The notes under the pieces are model-generated. The model was not told the origin of the DNA. It made no database searches and saw only the letters and a list, made by a program, of their open reading frames with translations. The position numbers and the translations under genes were made by a program. A stretch of 18,605 nt of DNA, filler included, from an uncultured virus (IMG/VR IMGVR_UViG_2061766007_003026) (lineage: Duplodnaviria; Heunggongvirae; Uroviricota; Caudoviricetes). It is 2 parts of one record of this genome, joined end to end, with 100 filler letters (N's around TTAATTAATTAA, not from the genome) between each part and the next. Parts side by side here need not be neighbours in the genome. Positions count along the whole stretch, not along the records: positions 1 to 3,913 come from IMGVR_UViG_2061766007_003026; positions 4,014 to 18,605 come from IMGVR_UViG_2061766007_003026. One strand, 5' to 3'. Below, piece after piece: positions 1-8,666 of the stretch; within the stretch, counting starts at the first letter, position 1, and the number at the start of each line of letters is the position of its first letter.

Positions 1-766
1 GGTTGCTGCCCGAACACTCTCCGCAGATGGACGGAAGAAGGCAAGTTCAAGGTCTACCGCTCCGGGAAAAGTGGGAACAGACGCTGGGACGAGGACGACC
101 TTCGCCGCTACCTGGGCGAGAAGGTGGACGAACCGGAAGTTGAGACCAAGAACGGAACCCGTGTGGCCATCTACTGCCGTGTATCTACCTCCGACCAGAA
201 GTCCCACGGCGACCTTGACCGACAGAAGCTCCGACTGATGGAATACTGCGTAGGTAAGAAGTATTCCGTGGTGGAAATCTTCGAGGAAGTTGGTAGTGGG
301 CTGAACGACAACCGCAAGAAGCTGCTCCGAATGATGCGTCTCGCTGCCGAGCACAAGTTTGACAAGGTGGTTATTGAGCACTACGACCGACTGACGAGGT
401 TCAACTACAACCTGTTGGTCGAATACTTCCGGTCCCACGGNNNNNNNNNNAGGTTCGGGTCTGAACGATAACCGCAAGAAGCTGCTCCGAATGATGCGTC
501 TCGCTGCCGAGCACAAGTTCGACAAGGTGGTTATCGAGCACTACGACCGCCTGACGAGGTTCAACTACAACCTGTTGGTCGAATACTTCCGGTCCCACGG
601 GGTTGATGTGGAATATACCGAGTCGGCGTTGAGCGAGTCGTTCGAGGCTGACCTGGTGAAGGACATGCTGTCGCTCCTTGCCGTCTTCTCGGCGAAACTA
701 TACAGCAGACGCGGTAAGGAGAACCGCAAGAAACGAAAAGAAGCGAAGGTTAAACAAGAACAATAG
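1..766 (+). CDS. tnpA: IS607-family transposase TnpA (MerR-like HTH + serine recombinase), 5'-truncated, with an assembly duplication across the gap at 441-450
   Basis: Frame 1 from base 1 reads GCCPNTLRRWTEEGK...GNRRW (HTH), then AIYCRVSTSDQK..DLDRQ (catalytic Ser motif), EVGSGLNDNRKKL, VVIEHYDRLTRF and DMLSLLAVFSAKLYSRR, typical of IS607 TnpA. 451-600 repeats 291-440. Confidence 0.93.
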
Positions 767-777
767 CGAGGGAACCA

Positions 778-2175
778 ATGGCTAGAATACTTGACAAAGA
801 AACTTGCCACCAATCGGCGATGCGGTTCGATACACGAACTAAGTTTTGCCATGGTGACCAACTAGCATATCAAACATCTCGTATAAACGGATGGCTTGAT
901 GAATGGTTTCCTAAACGAGTTTCCAAGCCATCGTCATTTACTTATGAAGTCTGCTATAACCTCGCCAAGAAATGCAACAGTAGGGTTGAACTTGCTAAGT
1001 TAAGTGACCAAGCCTATATGGTTGCTCTGCGTAATGGATGGCTAGATGATTATACTTGGTTTCGAAGTAAACCAAGAGTGCTTGACAAAGAAACCTGCCG
1101 AGCATCCGCATTGCGGTTTAAGACTCGATGTGAATTTCGCTTTGGGGATTCGGGAGCATATTATAAAGCGTTAAATAATGGATGGATTAACGAATATGAT
1201 TGGTTCCTTACTAAATTTGAAGCGAAGTCTAAGGCAAAGCGAAAGTTTAGCGATGAAGAAATAGAACAGCGAGCTAAGAAATATACTAGAACCACTGATT
1301 TTATGCGTAATGATAAAAACGCATATTATATTGCTTGCAATAGAGGTCTTATCAAACGGTTTACTTGGTTAAAACATAATGTAGAAGCTCAATCTCGCAA
1401 CTATATTGATTGTGTGTATGCCTATGAATTTAAGCGAACCAAAACGGCTTATATCGGACGAACAATCGCTCCTAAAGATAGAGACCGTGACCATAGAGAA
1501 CCAGGTGACAGTGTATATGAATATGCTAAGGAACATAATGTAAAGGTTCCTCCCATGAAGATTATTGCTGAGGGATTTTATGCCAATGAAGGTGGGCAGC
1601 GAGAGTGCGATTGGATGGAAGAATACCGAAATCGTGGATGGACACTTATCAATAAAGCGCCAGGTGGAAGTTTAGGCACTATAGCTAGTGGAAAACTCAC
1701 TAAATCATATTGCATACAGTATGCCCGTAAATTTACCCTTCTCACTGATTTGATAAATGATAATCAGGGTGTATATAACAAACTGCGTAAACATGGGTGG
1801 ATTAAAGAATGCCCATGGCTTAAATATAAACGGGCAAAATGCGGGACATATACTAATGCGTCAAAGGAAATGATTGCTAGTATAGCATCACAATTTACGA
1901 AGCGGCGTGATTTTAGTAAAGGTGCAAGCGTTGCATATAAAATTGCAAGCAAGAATGGTTGGCTCGATGAATGGTTTCCAAACTTTGTTAAGACACCAAA
2001 GTTAGTTGGAAAAATTGATTTGTCTAATGGACGAATCATCGCAACATACCATTCAGCCCGCGAAGCGGCTAAGCAAAACGGTGTTGCTAGTTGTGGGATA
2101 TCTGCCACTTGCCGTGGTGTGTATAAGCAATATAAGGGTTATGGTTATAAGTATATAAATTCTGATGCGGCATAA
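778..2175 (+). CDS. GIY-YIG-like homing-endonuclease-type protein with six ~48-aa repeats and a C-terminal NUMOD1-like HTH
   Basis: CVYAYEF...AYIGRT...R..H...E..W...GWTLINKAPGG nuclease-like core; repeats of A.K...R..F......AY..A..NGWL..W; C-terminal YHSAREAAKQNGV...ISATCRG..KQYKGYGYKY. Visibly more AT-rich than its flanks. Confidence 0.75.
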   Translation: MARILDKETCHQSAMRFDTRTKFCHGDQLAYQTSRINGWLDEWFPKRVSKPSSFTYEVCYNLAKKCNSRVELAKLSDQAYMVALRNGWLDDYTWFRSKPRVLDKETCRASALRFKTRCEFRFGDSGAYYKALNNGWINEYDWFLTKFEAKSKAKRKFSDEEIEQRAKKYTRTTDFMRNDKNAYYIACNRGLIKRFTWLKHNVEAQSRNYIDCVYAYEFKRTKTAYIGRTIAPKDRDRDHREPGDSVYEYAKEHNVKVPPMKIIAEGFYANEGGQRECDWMEEYRNRGWTLINKAPGGSLGTIASGKLTKSYCIQYARKFTLLTDLINDNQGVYNKLRKHGWIKECPWLKYKRAKCGTYTNASKEMIASIASQFTKRRDFSKGASVAYKIASKNGWLDEWFPNFVKTPKLVGKIDLSNGRIIATYHSAREAAKQNGVASCGISATCRGVYKQYKGYGYKYINSDAA

Positions 2176-2185
2176 GGATTAGGTT

Positions 2186-3191
2186 ATGGAACAGCAGTGC
2201 GGAAGGAAAATATGCTTGAAGCCGAGCAAGGCNNNNNNNNNNTCAACACACCGGAAGGCGAGAAGGTCAAATGCACCCTCGGGACCCCGAGGGACTGGCA
2301 TAAAGAATGGTGTGTCTACAAAAAGCTGCCCGATAACAAGTGGATGACGGAAGTTTCCAAGTTCTGCGGCCAGGAAGCACTTATCGACCTCGGCTCCGCA
2401 TGGAAGCGGTTCTTCAAGGGCCTAGCCAAGCACCCCCGCTTCCATCGTTATAACCAAGATAACTCGTTCCGCTGCTCCGGTGGTGTATTCATCGGTCGAG
2501 ATTTCGTACAGATACCTACCCTCGGTAGAATTAAGCTCCGTGAGAAGGACTACATCAAGATTCCAAAGGATTCGGAAAAGATACCGCTCGCTATGGCGAC
2601 CGTATCGGTCGATGCTGCGGGTAAATGGTATGTCTCCTTTGCTTATGTGACAGACATCGTTCCAGTCCACGAATCCATATCCTCGTTTGAGGAACAGGAC
2701 ATAGTGGGGGTCGATTTTGGCGTCAAGGACCTCGCAATCACGAGCGATGGCATCGTTTATGCCAACCCGAAAGCCTACCGCCATGCTAAGGCTAGGCTCC
2801 GCAGATTCCAGAGAGCATTATCACGCAAGAAGAAGCATTCCAAGAATCGAGAGCGGTGCCGTAAATTGTTGGCTAGAATCCACCGCAGGATAACCAATAT
2901 CCGAGTCAATGCGGCTCACCAGTTCACCTCTGACATTACGAAACACACGAAGCCCAAGGCTATCGTCATCGAGGACCTGAAGCCGAAGAACATGTCCAAG
3001 AACCACAAGCTGGCTTCTGCTATCCTCGATGCCAACTTCGGTAGGATGAGACAATTCCTAGAATACAAGTGTGCTTGGTTAGGCATCTTGCTGTTCTTCG
3101 CTCCGCAGTTTTATGCCTCGTCAAGATATTGCTCTCACTGCGGGCAATACTACAACAAGGATTTGACCCTGGATGACAGGGAATGGGTATG
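2186..3191 (+). CDS. tnpB: TnpB RNA-guided endonuclease (IS200/IS605/IS607 OrfB), interrupted by gaps, 3' end not seen
   Basis: Likely true start is ATG 2186 (MEQQCGRKICLKPSK, OrfB HTH-like, AAGGA upstream) rather than the ORF-track 2197. After the gap: EVSKFCGQEALIDL..AWKRFF, RuvC-I VGVDFGVKDLAITSDG, RuvC-II IVIEDL, Zn ribbon SSRYCSHCG. RuvC-III is not visible. Confidence 0.92.
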
Positions 3192-3201
3192 NNNNNNNNN
3201 N

Positions 3202-3913
3202 AAACTTCGGAAGGATGAGGCAGTTCCTGGAATACAAGTGTGCATGGCTAGGCATTCTGCTATTCTTCGCCCCGCAGTTCTACGCTTCTAGCCGTTACTG
3301 TTCGCACTGTGGGCAATACTACAACAAGGATTTGACCCTGGATGACAGGGANNNNNNNNNNGTTCATCGGTCGTGATTTCGTACAGATACCTACTCTCGG
3401 TAGAATCAAGCTCCGTGAGAAGGACTATATAAAGATACCGAAGGATTCGGAAAAGATACCACTTGCGATGGCGACCGTATCGGTCGATGCTGCGGGTAAA
3501 TGGTATGTTTCCTTTGCCTATGTAGCCGACATTGTTCCAGTCCACGAATCCATAACCTCGTTCGAGGAACAGGACATCGTAGGCGTCGATTTCGGTGTCA
3601 AGAACCTTGCCATCACGAGTGACGGCATCGTTTACGCCAACCCGAAAGCCTACAGCCACGCAAAGGCTAGGCTACGCCGTGCGCAACGGGCACTCTCCCG
3701 CAAGAAGAAACACTCCAAGAACAGGGAGCGGTGCCGCAAATTGTTGGCTAGAATCCATCGCAGAATAACCAACATTCGTGTCAATGCGGCACATCAGCTT
3801 ACCGCTGACCTCACGAAGCATACGAAGCCGAAAGCTATTGTTCTTGAGAACTTGAAGCCGAAAAATATGTCTAAGAACCACAAGTTGGCTTCTGCTATCC
3901 TCGATGCCAACTT
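3202..3913 (+). CDS. tnpB: Variant tnpB fragments (3202-3351 and 3362-3913): second allele or copy collapsed into the scaffold
   Basis: Protein nearly identical to 2186-3191, with many synonymous changes and a few substitutions (VAD/VTD, KNL/KDL, RAQ/RFQ, LENL/IEDL). Bounded by N gaps and out of order. Confidence 0.75.
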
Positions 3914-4013
3914 NNNNNNNNNNNNNNNNNNNNNNNNNNNNNNNNNNNNNNNNNNNNTTAATTAATTAANNNNNNNNNNNNNNNNNNNNNNNNNNNNNNN
4001 NNNNNNNNNNNNN
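3914..4013. other. Artificial contig-joining linker (N44-TTAATTAATTAA-N44)
   Basis: Exactly 100 bp and symmetric, with a palindromic all-frame stop linker at 3958-3969. Confidence 0.95.
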
Positions 4014-4329
4014 CGTCCTCCCGGAAAGGCAGGTACAAGATGAAAGTATACATTACCGAATACGNNNNNNNNNNGGAACGCCCGGGGACAGCCGGGAGGA
4101 ACCCGGGAGGGAACGTCCATATGCTACTCTTTTTTGCCTCAACAAATCCCCCGGTACCCCCCGGGGGGTTTTCCGTTGGGTCAGCGGCCGTACCCGGGCC
4201 TCCGGACGGCGGCTTCCAGGGGGATGTGTGTTACCACCGGGAAAGCCCCGGGGACAACCGGGAGGAGGGGAAGGGGGCAACATGGGTATGCGGGAGGGTG
4301 TCCTCCCGAGATACAAGGCAGGTACAAGA

Positions 4330-4473
4330 ATGGCATTGAAGATGAAGAAGGACGTGTGCGAGGGATGTCGGCAGGGATTCGGGAAGGAAGGCGTGAAGGT
4401 GGTGAACGGGTTCCGATACTGCAAGAACTGTGCCGACTACACAATGAAGTATCAGGGGATGCTCTTTTACTAG
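4330..4473 (+). CDS. 47-aa putative zinc-finger miniprotein
   Basis: AAGGCAGGT upstream of ATG 4330; MALKMKKDVCEGC...YCKNC (two CxxC); followed by a terminator. Confidence 0.7.
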   Translation: MALKMKKDVCEGCRQGFGKEGVKVVNGFRYCKNCADYTMKYQGMLFY

Positions 4474-4493
4474 GGCGAGAACCCCCGCGAGCA

Positions 4494-4531
4494 GATGGCT
4501 CCCGCTTACCCCTGCGGGAGTCATCGTTTTT
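4494..4531 (+). terminator. Intrinsic terminator
   Basis: GATGGCTCCCGC-loop-GCGGGAGTCATC followed by GTTTTT. Confidence 0.7.
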
Positions 4532-4680
4532 GTGTCGGATGGAGGGATGGCGGCCGGGAGGTGAATCTTCCGGTGTCGGAATCGTACTACCACCGGGAAA
4601 CCCCCGGGGATGCCCGGGAGCGGGTTGGGAGGGAACGGGATAGTGTCGGGAGGGTGTCCTCCCGGAAAGGCAGGTACAAG

Positions 4681-5177
4681 ATGAAAGTATACATTACCGA
4701 ATACGATGATGGGAGAAAGTGCATATCGGTCGGGGAGAGCGAGGAAGACGCCACCATTCTTACCGAGAACGTGGTTCCGGGCCATTTCTACATTATAAAG
4801 CCCGAGCAGCTCCCGGAGGCGAAGGACTACTCCGTCCTTGACCCGGGTATCGAGTACATGCTCATGGGCGGCGAGCTGTATACGTGGTGCGATGGCGATG
4901 TTCCACTCAAGAACGTTTGCGAGCTAGTACATTGTGCTGTAGACCTTTGGCATGAAGACGGGGTTCAGACGTTCCACGCCAAGGGCGTGCTTGTCAAGTG
5001 CCTTCTTGATACCGGGGTTTACGAGCTCNNNNNNNNNNGGTACATTGTGCTGTAGACCTTTGGCATGACGACGGGGTTCAGAAGTTCCACTCCAAGGGCG
5101 TGCTTGTCAAGTGCCTTCTTGAGACCGGGGTTTACGAGCTCAGCGAGACCGGGGAAGTGACCGAGATTGAGGAATAG
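4681..5177 (+). CDS. Hypothetical acidic protein (~127 aa once the duplicated overlap at gap 5029-5038 is merged)
   Basis: AAGGCAGGT + ATG 4681 (MKVYITEYDDG...). The post-gap copy overlaps and ends ...ELSETGEVTEIEE* (TAG 5175-5177). The start is also duplicated at 4040-4064. Confidence 0.75.
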
Positions 5178-5332
5178 GAACCGGGGCACCTGCGACTGCG
5201 GGTGCCTTCACTTACTTTCCCGGGTGATTCCTTGTTACCACCGGGAAATCCCCGGGGACATCCGGGAGCGGGTTGGGAGGGAACGGGATAGTGTCGGGAG
5301 GGTGTCCTCCCATAGTAAAGGCAGGTATAGGA

Positions 5333-5665
5333 ATGCGTAACGTAGCGGTCATTTGCGGAATGTGTGCGGTCATGGGAATGGCGGCCGAACTTCCGATTTG
5401 CGAGGAATTCAACGGCGAAGCCCATGTCAGCTGCGTGGCTACCGATTCCGCGGCGGTCATCACGACCATGAACGAGTACGGTAAGACCGTGGAGTTCTTC
5501 AAGAACGGGAAGAAGGCATACTTCGAGGTCGGGGCCGATGGTTCCGTCATTGCGAGCTCGGGCGTGCGTAGTCTTGAGCTTGACGTAATCCCGAGCGATG
5601 ACGAGGGAGCCTACTTGCAGGAACTGCTTGACGCGGTGCTTGACGACATCGCATGGAACGACTAG
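5333..5665 (+). CDS. 110-aa hypothetical protein with probable signal peptide
   Basis: AAGGCAGGT + ATG 5333; MRNVAVICGMCAVMGMAA hydrophobic N-terminus; acidic body; hairpin at 5672-5694 after the stop. Confidence 0.75.
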   Translation: MRNVAVICGMCAVMGMAAELPICEEFNGEAHVSCVATDSAAVITTMNEYGKTVEFFKNGKKAYFEVGADGSVIASSGVRSLELDVIPSDDEGAYLQELLDAVLDDIAWND

Positions 5666-5798
5666 GAGCGGAACCCGGGGGACAACCCCGGGTTTTCCCG
5701 TATCCTCCCGGTGAAGATATGATACCACCGGGAGATTCCCGGGGATACTTCGGTCAAATCCGGGAGGAAACAGATAGATATCACGATTCCGATGTTCC

Positions 5799-5833
5799 AA
5801 TTCCTCCGGGTAATCCCGGAGGATTTTCTTTTT
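5799..5833 (+). terminator. Intrinsic terminator closing an ORF-less module
   Basis: TCCTCCGGG-TAAT-CCCGGAGGA followed by TTTTCTTTTT. Confidence 0.75.
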
Positions 5834-5962
5834 CCTGATTGGAGCGGCCGCTGGTACTGCCCAGAGAGCCTGGCGACAGGGAGGGCCGGATACCCACCGG
5901 GAAAACCCCGGGGACAGCCGGGAGTGTCGGCGGGAGACAACGGGAGGATGAGAGGTAGATAT

Positions 5963-6100
5963 ATGATATTCATGTACGACTGCTTGATAGCCTGCAAGGT
6001 TGCCCGTGACATGTACGACATGGGTCCATTGGGTATCGTGTGCACCATCGGATTCCTCGGTCTGTACGTATGGTTCGTCATGAGGAACCGCACCTGCTGA
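5963..6100 (+). CDS. 45-aa single-TM membrane miniprotein
   Basis: GAGGT RBS; MIFMYDCLIACKVARDMYDMGPLGIVCTIGFLGLYVWFVMRNRTC; hairpin at 6125-6148 downstream. Confidence 0.6.
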   Translation: MIFMYDCLIACKVARDMYDMGPLGIVCTIGFLGLYVWFVMRNRTC

Positions 6101-6362
6101 AGTGTTTTGCCATAACCTGCCGGAGGCCCCCGTCCGATGACGGGGGTCTTTCCCTAGTGGAGGGAGGCGTGGGGGATGATGGGGATTCCGGGGGAGGGCC
6201 GGGAGGAAGCAGTGGAAGGATTCGGCGAGGCCGTCAGTTCGACAGTTGCCGGCCGGGGTGCAGTATCCACCGGGGAAAGCCCGGGGACACCCGGGAGCGG
6301 GATGCGAGTGAACTGAAGTATGTAGGGAGGGCGTCCTCCCGATATGAAAGGCAGGTAAGGAT

Positions 6363-6677
6363 ATGGCAGTCAAGAAGTATGGGCCTATGGGTATGTATGG
6401 TCATTTAGGTTGGGAAGAGCCCCGTTGCACCCGTGAATACATGGCGGCATTGGCCGAGGGAGCCAAGGAACCCGTATGGGAGAGGGTGTGCAGGCTCGGA
6501 AGCAAGAACGCATGGGTGGTTCACGACACGGCGAATGACGTTTACTGCTGTCAGAGCTATTGGACTATCGTGAGCTACAAGTGTGGCGACACTGCGGTAA
6601 GGCTCGGTCAGTGGAGCATGACCACGACTCGCCATCAGGGTGACTTTGCATATTGGGTATATCAGCAGAGGAAGTAG
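6363..6677 (+). CDS. 104-aa hypothetical phage-like protein (QSYxTIV / WSxTTxRHQ motifs), paralog of 6931-7236
   Basis: AAGGCAGGT RBS; shares WEEP, AWxVHDxANDV, QSYxTIVS and WSxTTxRHQxxFA with the next ORF. Confidence 0.85.
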   Translation: MAVKKYGPMGMYGHLGWEEPRCTREYMAALAEGAKEPVWERVCRLGSKNAWVVHDTANDVYCCQSYWTIVSYKCGDTAVRLGQWSMTTTRHQGDFAYWVYQQRK

Positions 6678-6694
6678 GATTTAACCTGCCTAAA

Positions 6695-6727
6695 GGGGGT
6701 TCCGCGGTGATGCGGAGCCCCCGTTTT
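6695..6727 (+). terminator. Intrinsic terminator
   Basis: GGGGGTTCCGC-GGTGAT-GCGGAGCCCCC-GTTTT. Confidence 0.7.
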
Positions 6728-6759
6728 GCATATATAGCAGGGTGCAGGGAAAATGTCAA
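6726..6759 (-). promoter_or_regulatory. Candidate antisense sigma70-type promoter
   Basis: Minus strand reads TTGACA-17 nt-TATATA, with TG just upstream of the -10 (TGCTATATATG). Confidence 0.45.
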
Positions 6760-6930
6760 GCGGATATTTGTAAAGTTTTGTAAACAAAGATTTGCTTCCG
6801 GGGCCGCCAGTCAGCCCGCTGGGTGGCCAGGATTTTATTTTGCCCACCGGGAAATCCCCGGGGACACCCGGGAGAGGGGTCGGGAGAGAACACGTATATG
6901 TAAGGAAAACGTCAAAAAGGCAGGTACACA

Positions 6931-7236
6931 ATGGCTAAGCATAAATGGGAAGAACCTTTCAAGTACGGCAAGTACATGGAAAGTCTCGCAAATCCCAAGA
7001 CTCCCGAGTTTGAGCTCGTGGAGGAAGTGTATACGGGCACGGGAAGCTACAACGGTGCGGGTCACGCGTGGATTGTCCATGACAAGGCGAATGACGTGAC
7101 GTGCCTTCAGAGCTATTACACCATCGTCAGCGTGGTGATGGGGAACGTCATCCGTCATCTTGACAGATGGAGCAGGACAACGAGCAGGCACCAATGCAGG
7201 TTCGCATGTCAGCTCGGCTTGCCCGTCTCATGGTAA
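6931..7236 (+). CDS. 101-aa hypothetical protein, paralog of 6363-6677
   Basis: AAGGCAGGT RBS; conserved motifs shared with the upstream ORF; hairpin at 7254-7284 follows. Confidence 0.85.
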   Translation: MAKHKWEEPFKYGKYMESLANPKTPEFELVEEVYTGTGSYNGAGHAWIVHDKANDVTCLQSYYTIVSVVMGNVIRHLDRWSRTTSRHQCRFACQLGLPVSW

Positions 7237-7416
7237 TTTACCTACCCCGCAACGGAAGGGGCCCCTGAGGAGGGGCCCCTTTCCTGTATCCTCCCGGGGA
7301 ATCCAGGTCAGGGCTGTGGGGATTCCGGAGTCCACCGGGAAACGCCCGGGGGCATCCGGGATTTTCTAGTAAGGGAACGTGAAGATGGGAAAACAATTCA
7401 AAAAGGCAGGTTTTTT

Positions 7417-7614
7417 ATGAGCACACTGATGACCATAAAGGGGCTTTCCGAAAAAATTTCTGCTCGGTACCATCTTCCGAAGGCGGAGGTGATGAGCTAC
7501 ATTGAGAGGCATGCCGGATTGAAGGCGGTTTCGTTCGCACTGAATTGCGACTACTGCTGCATCCGTGCGATTGCCGAACGGGTCGGCGACAAGGTCGGCG
7601 TGAAGATAGACTAG
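7417..7614 (+). CDS. 65-aa hypothetical protein
   Basis: AAGGCAGGT RBS; canonical position after repeat 7332; followed by hairpin GGGGGAGACGGC-TTC-GCCGTCTCCCCC (7638-7664). Confidence 0.7.
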   Translation: MSTLMTIKGLSEKISARYHLPKAEVMSYIERHAGLKAVSFALNCDYCCIRAIAERVGDKVGVKID

Positions 7615-7926
7615 TATTTTTTATTACCTGCCATAGTGGGGGAGACGGCTTCGCCGTCTCCCCCTTGCCTGTTGGGGCGTCGGACGACCCGGGAGGGGCT
7701 GCCGGCTCCATAGGCACCAGTGGCCGGCTGGCTGCCGGGAATCCACCGGGTATTGCCCGGGGACATCCGGGGCGGCTGGAGGAGGGATAGAGGAATATGT
7801 GACGGGTGTCCGTCGATAAAAGAAGGAAAGAATCCGGGATACGGCCTAATGGGTATCGACGGAAGCTCACAGGATGCGGGCTGCCGTGGACATCCGGGAG
7901 GCTGGGAGACCGGGAGGGAGAGAAGT

Positions 7927-7995
7927 ATGAAGAAGAGCCAGCTGTACAGGAATTGGAACTACGAATTCATCCGAATCGGTGGTTATCACGGGTAA
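7927..7995 (+). CDS. Possible 22-aa peptide (MKKSQLYRNWNYEFIRIGGYHG) or remnant of a decayed module
   Basis: GGGAGGGAG upstream; only plausible coding stretch between repeats 7743 and 8060/8152; alternative in-frame ATG at 7849. Confidence 0.3.
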   Translation: MKKSQLYRNWNYEFIRIGGYHG

Positions 7996-8245
7996 GGCTT
8001 CAGATGATGACGCGTGCGAGCAGGCTCGCGGCGGGAAACTGCCGCGGGCTTCCTTGCTACTACCGGGTACTGCCCGGGGACACCGTGGTGAGTCGAATGG
8101 AGGCTGTCGTCGAGTCCTGTGTCCCGGGACGGGGCTGTCGGGGTATGGTATCCACCGGGGAAAGCCCGGGGACACTCGGGGGAGGGGTGTGAGGGAACGG
8201 ATAGGTGTAGGGAGGGTGTCCTCCCATTAGAAAGGTAGGTAGAAT

Positions 8246-8614
8246 ATGAAGAAAGCACTTATCGCCATCGTGGCCGCGGCATTCGGCATCGGTCTTGTGG
8301 CCGAGACCGTGGGTGCGGTAATCGGAATCCGCAACGGGGCGGGCGTACCCGTGCATGACGCCATTGAGCTCATCGTGTGTTGGGTGGCGGGCATCGCGCT
8401 CGCGGTGGCGGGCATCGTGAAGGCGGTTCGCGACCGCGCGGCACGCAAGGCCTATGAATCCGAGTACGATTCCTCCGAGGAGGACGAAGTGGACACTGAC
8501 ACGGAGAATCCGGAAGAAACTCCGGAGGAACCGGATGAACCGGAAGAACCGGTGATTGAGGCCACGAACCCCGACAACGAATCGGTTGACACCGATAGGG
8601 GATGGACGGAATAG
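8246..8614 (+). CDS. 122-aa two-TM membrane protein with acidic E/D/P-rich tail, paralog of 13833-14033
   Basis: Two hydrophobic segments; GLVAET...GAGVPVHDAIELIVCW; tail SSEEDEVDTDTENPEETPEEPDEPEE. Confidence 0.85.
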   Translation: MKKALIAIVAAAFGIGLVAETVGAVIGIRNGAGVPVHDAIELIVCWVAGIALAVAGIVKAVRDRAARKAYESEYDSSEEDEVDTDTENPEETPEEPDEPEEPVIEATNPDNESVDTDRGWTE

Positions 8615-8632
8615 GATATCTACCTGCCATAG

Positions 8633-8666
8633 GGAACCCCTGCCTTCGGGCGGGGGTTTCTTTTTT
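8633..8666 (+). terminator. Intrinsic terminator with UUCG tetraloop
   Basis: GGAACCCCTGCC-TTCG-GGCGGGGGTTTC-TTTTTT. Confidence 0.85.

Larger units (their letters stand above)
1..3913 (+). mobile_element. IS607-family insertion sequence (tnpA + intervening endonuclease gene + tnpB), ends not visible
   Basis: Serine recombinase with N-terminal HTH followed by a RuvC/Zn-ribbon TnpB is the established IS607 architecture. Left end lies outside the window; right end is lost at the linker. Confidence 0.85.

Noticed and set aside
2197..2232. TnpB N-terminus MRKENMLEAEQG from the ORF track, implying a truncated TnpB
   Set aside because: That frame is set by the arbitrary gap length; ATG 2186 in another frame gives an OrfB-like N-terminus with an RBS.
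3958..3969. TTAATTAATTAA palindrome as a biological site
   Set aside because: Centred in a symmetric N run; a synthetic all-frame stop linker.
1..4330. IS607 serine recombinase or TnpB as the enzyme acting on the cassette array
   Set aside because: The two blocks are separated by an artificial linker (3914-4013), so adjacency is not evidence, and I saw no copy of the motif in the IS block.
4931..5140. DGR template/variable repeat pair
   Set aside because: Differences are not confined to adenines (G/T and T/G changes occur), the copies straddle a gap, and no reverse transcriptase is seen.
5132..6373. 413-aa minus-strand ORF and other long antisense or spacer-spanning ORFs
   Set aside because: They run through GC-rich repeats (recurrent PGxPRGFPGG), overlap RBS-supported + strand genes and lack good RBSs; shadow ORFs.
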